Part shown: in pieces, positions 62,867 to 64,000 of the stretch
How positions within the stretch are numbered: position 1 is the first letter of the stretch
Layout: every line of letters starts with the position of its first letter
Source: Yuukianura sp. NJ FZ-2021
Taxonomy: Eukaryota
Length of the DNA: 64,000 nucleotides
Direction of reading: 5' to 3'
Assembly (NCBI GenBank): GCA_046563655.1
Contig: CM102285.1
Coordinates: forward strand, 14,012,001-14,076,000
The notes under the pieces: generated by a model
Databases searched by the model: none
The model's input: only the letters and a program-made list of their open reading frames with translations
What the model was told of the DNA's origin: nothing
Translations under genes and position numbers: made by a program

Positions 62867-63279
62867 CATCATTGTAGCCCTACAGTGTATCCAGTTTGCG
62901 GCTACAATAGGTGACTACGTTAAGCGGCTACTTGTGTTGCCACTTAAGGTCAGGTTTGTTACGATAGAGCAGCTACAACTGTTGCCACCGATGTGTAGCC
63001 ACACAAGGTCAAAGCTGTGCTGGTTAGATTGTCGTTTATGACGCAATGAACCTTTTTTCTCAAAGTTTTTTGGTCAAAATTGTCGAAAATTTTTCGGGGT
63101 CAAAAAAAATTGTTTGCTCCAAACGTCCCAAAAACGTTTGTAACATGATACAAAGTGAACAAAACTAAAAAAAAATTGTCAAAAATGTTTTACCAATAAA
63201 CTTTCAGGTACACAAAAGTTTCACTGCTCCAGAAGCCAGAAACGAAAATCTGCAGCTACACTGTGTGGCTACAATGACG
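62867..63279. mobile_element. GTAGCCAC-family MITE with a nested relic of the foldback family (~63050-63205)
   Basis: Left end CATCATTGTAGCCCTACAGTGTA versus reverse complement of right end CGTCATTGTAGCCACACAGTGTA. The internal TTTGCTCCAAACGTCCCAAAAACGTTTG matches the arm of 41518-42211. Confidence 0.6.
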
Positions 63280-64000
63280 CTGGCTAAGCCTTACTTCAAC
63301 CTAAAAGTCATAAGCCTCCGAGATTACTGTAAACTACTCGACATAACCAGCCAATAGTCTTTTTGTCATTTACCCCTATGACCTCCTTCCTTTCTTTTAG
63401 TCCTTTTTACTATGCACAGCATCCAGTAATCTCTCCAGATTGATTATTCTCAGAAACTGAATGGAATGTTTAGCAAGACTCAGCAGACGGACTTTATCTA
63501 AAATTCAACTAGCACAAGAAATGAAACATTTTTGAGACGATGCAATGCGGAATGCAAACCACGCCAGTAGTGTCCACCCTCCTAATCATCCCCATCCATA
63601 CACTGCCACCGGATAAACTTTCTTGCTACCGTTAACTGTCCTCAGTCGGCCAGAAGCGGTGGCCACCGTAGGTGGTTAACAACAGCGAGAGCCATGGACC
63701 GGTCTACTGGAACTACAACGTTCAGTTTCAAATGTCAGGAGCAGCAGACACAACGCCTCAAGTGGGACATCTACACAACAAAGAAGACGACCCCATTAGG
63801 TAAGAAAACGATGAAAACGTAAACCTGACGTTACTAAAGGTCAAACGTTTTGAATTACACGATCAGTTACCACGTAATTGTTCATTAGCCACATAAAGAT
63901 TATTAATCGTCCATTACCTTATCCAACCTACACAAAGAAGACAGTTAACCTAACATTAACAACTTCCTGGAACAATATCCAGAATTAATTGCTTCTCCGA

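Overview
Gene-dense, AT-rich eukaryotic genomic DNA with many short (about 55-100 nt) GT-AG introns. It looks like an invertebrate, most plausibly an arthropod; the species cannot be determined from the sequence. No prokaryotic operons, CRISPR arrays, rRNA or tRNA were recognised. Plus strand, left to right: the last exon of a probably inactive trypsin-fold protease, PAXBP1/GCFC2, two tandem F-box/LRR-like paralogs, a large orphan gene, a bacterial-type D-3-hydroxybutyrate dehydrogenase with one intron, MED31 and RIOK3. Minus strand: two small four-TM paralogs, an OATP/SLCO transporter, a membrane-anchored type-B carboxylesterase, a polypeptide GalNAc-transferase, an orphan secreted protein, and most of Trio (its 5' end lies beyond the window). 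Introns and intergenic DNA carry several non-autonomous inverted-repeat element families and minisatellites. Most notable: the bacterial-like BDH (HGT or patchy-retention candidate), a near-perfect 694-bp foldback element with a 9-bp target-site duplication, a possible shared first exon for MED31 and RIOK3, and three candidate internal first exons plus apparent SH3 loss in Trio. I found no convincing wholly new multi-gene system. Gene models were spliced by eye, and product calls rest on motif recognition, not database searches.
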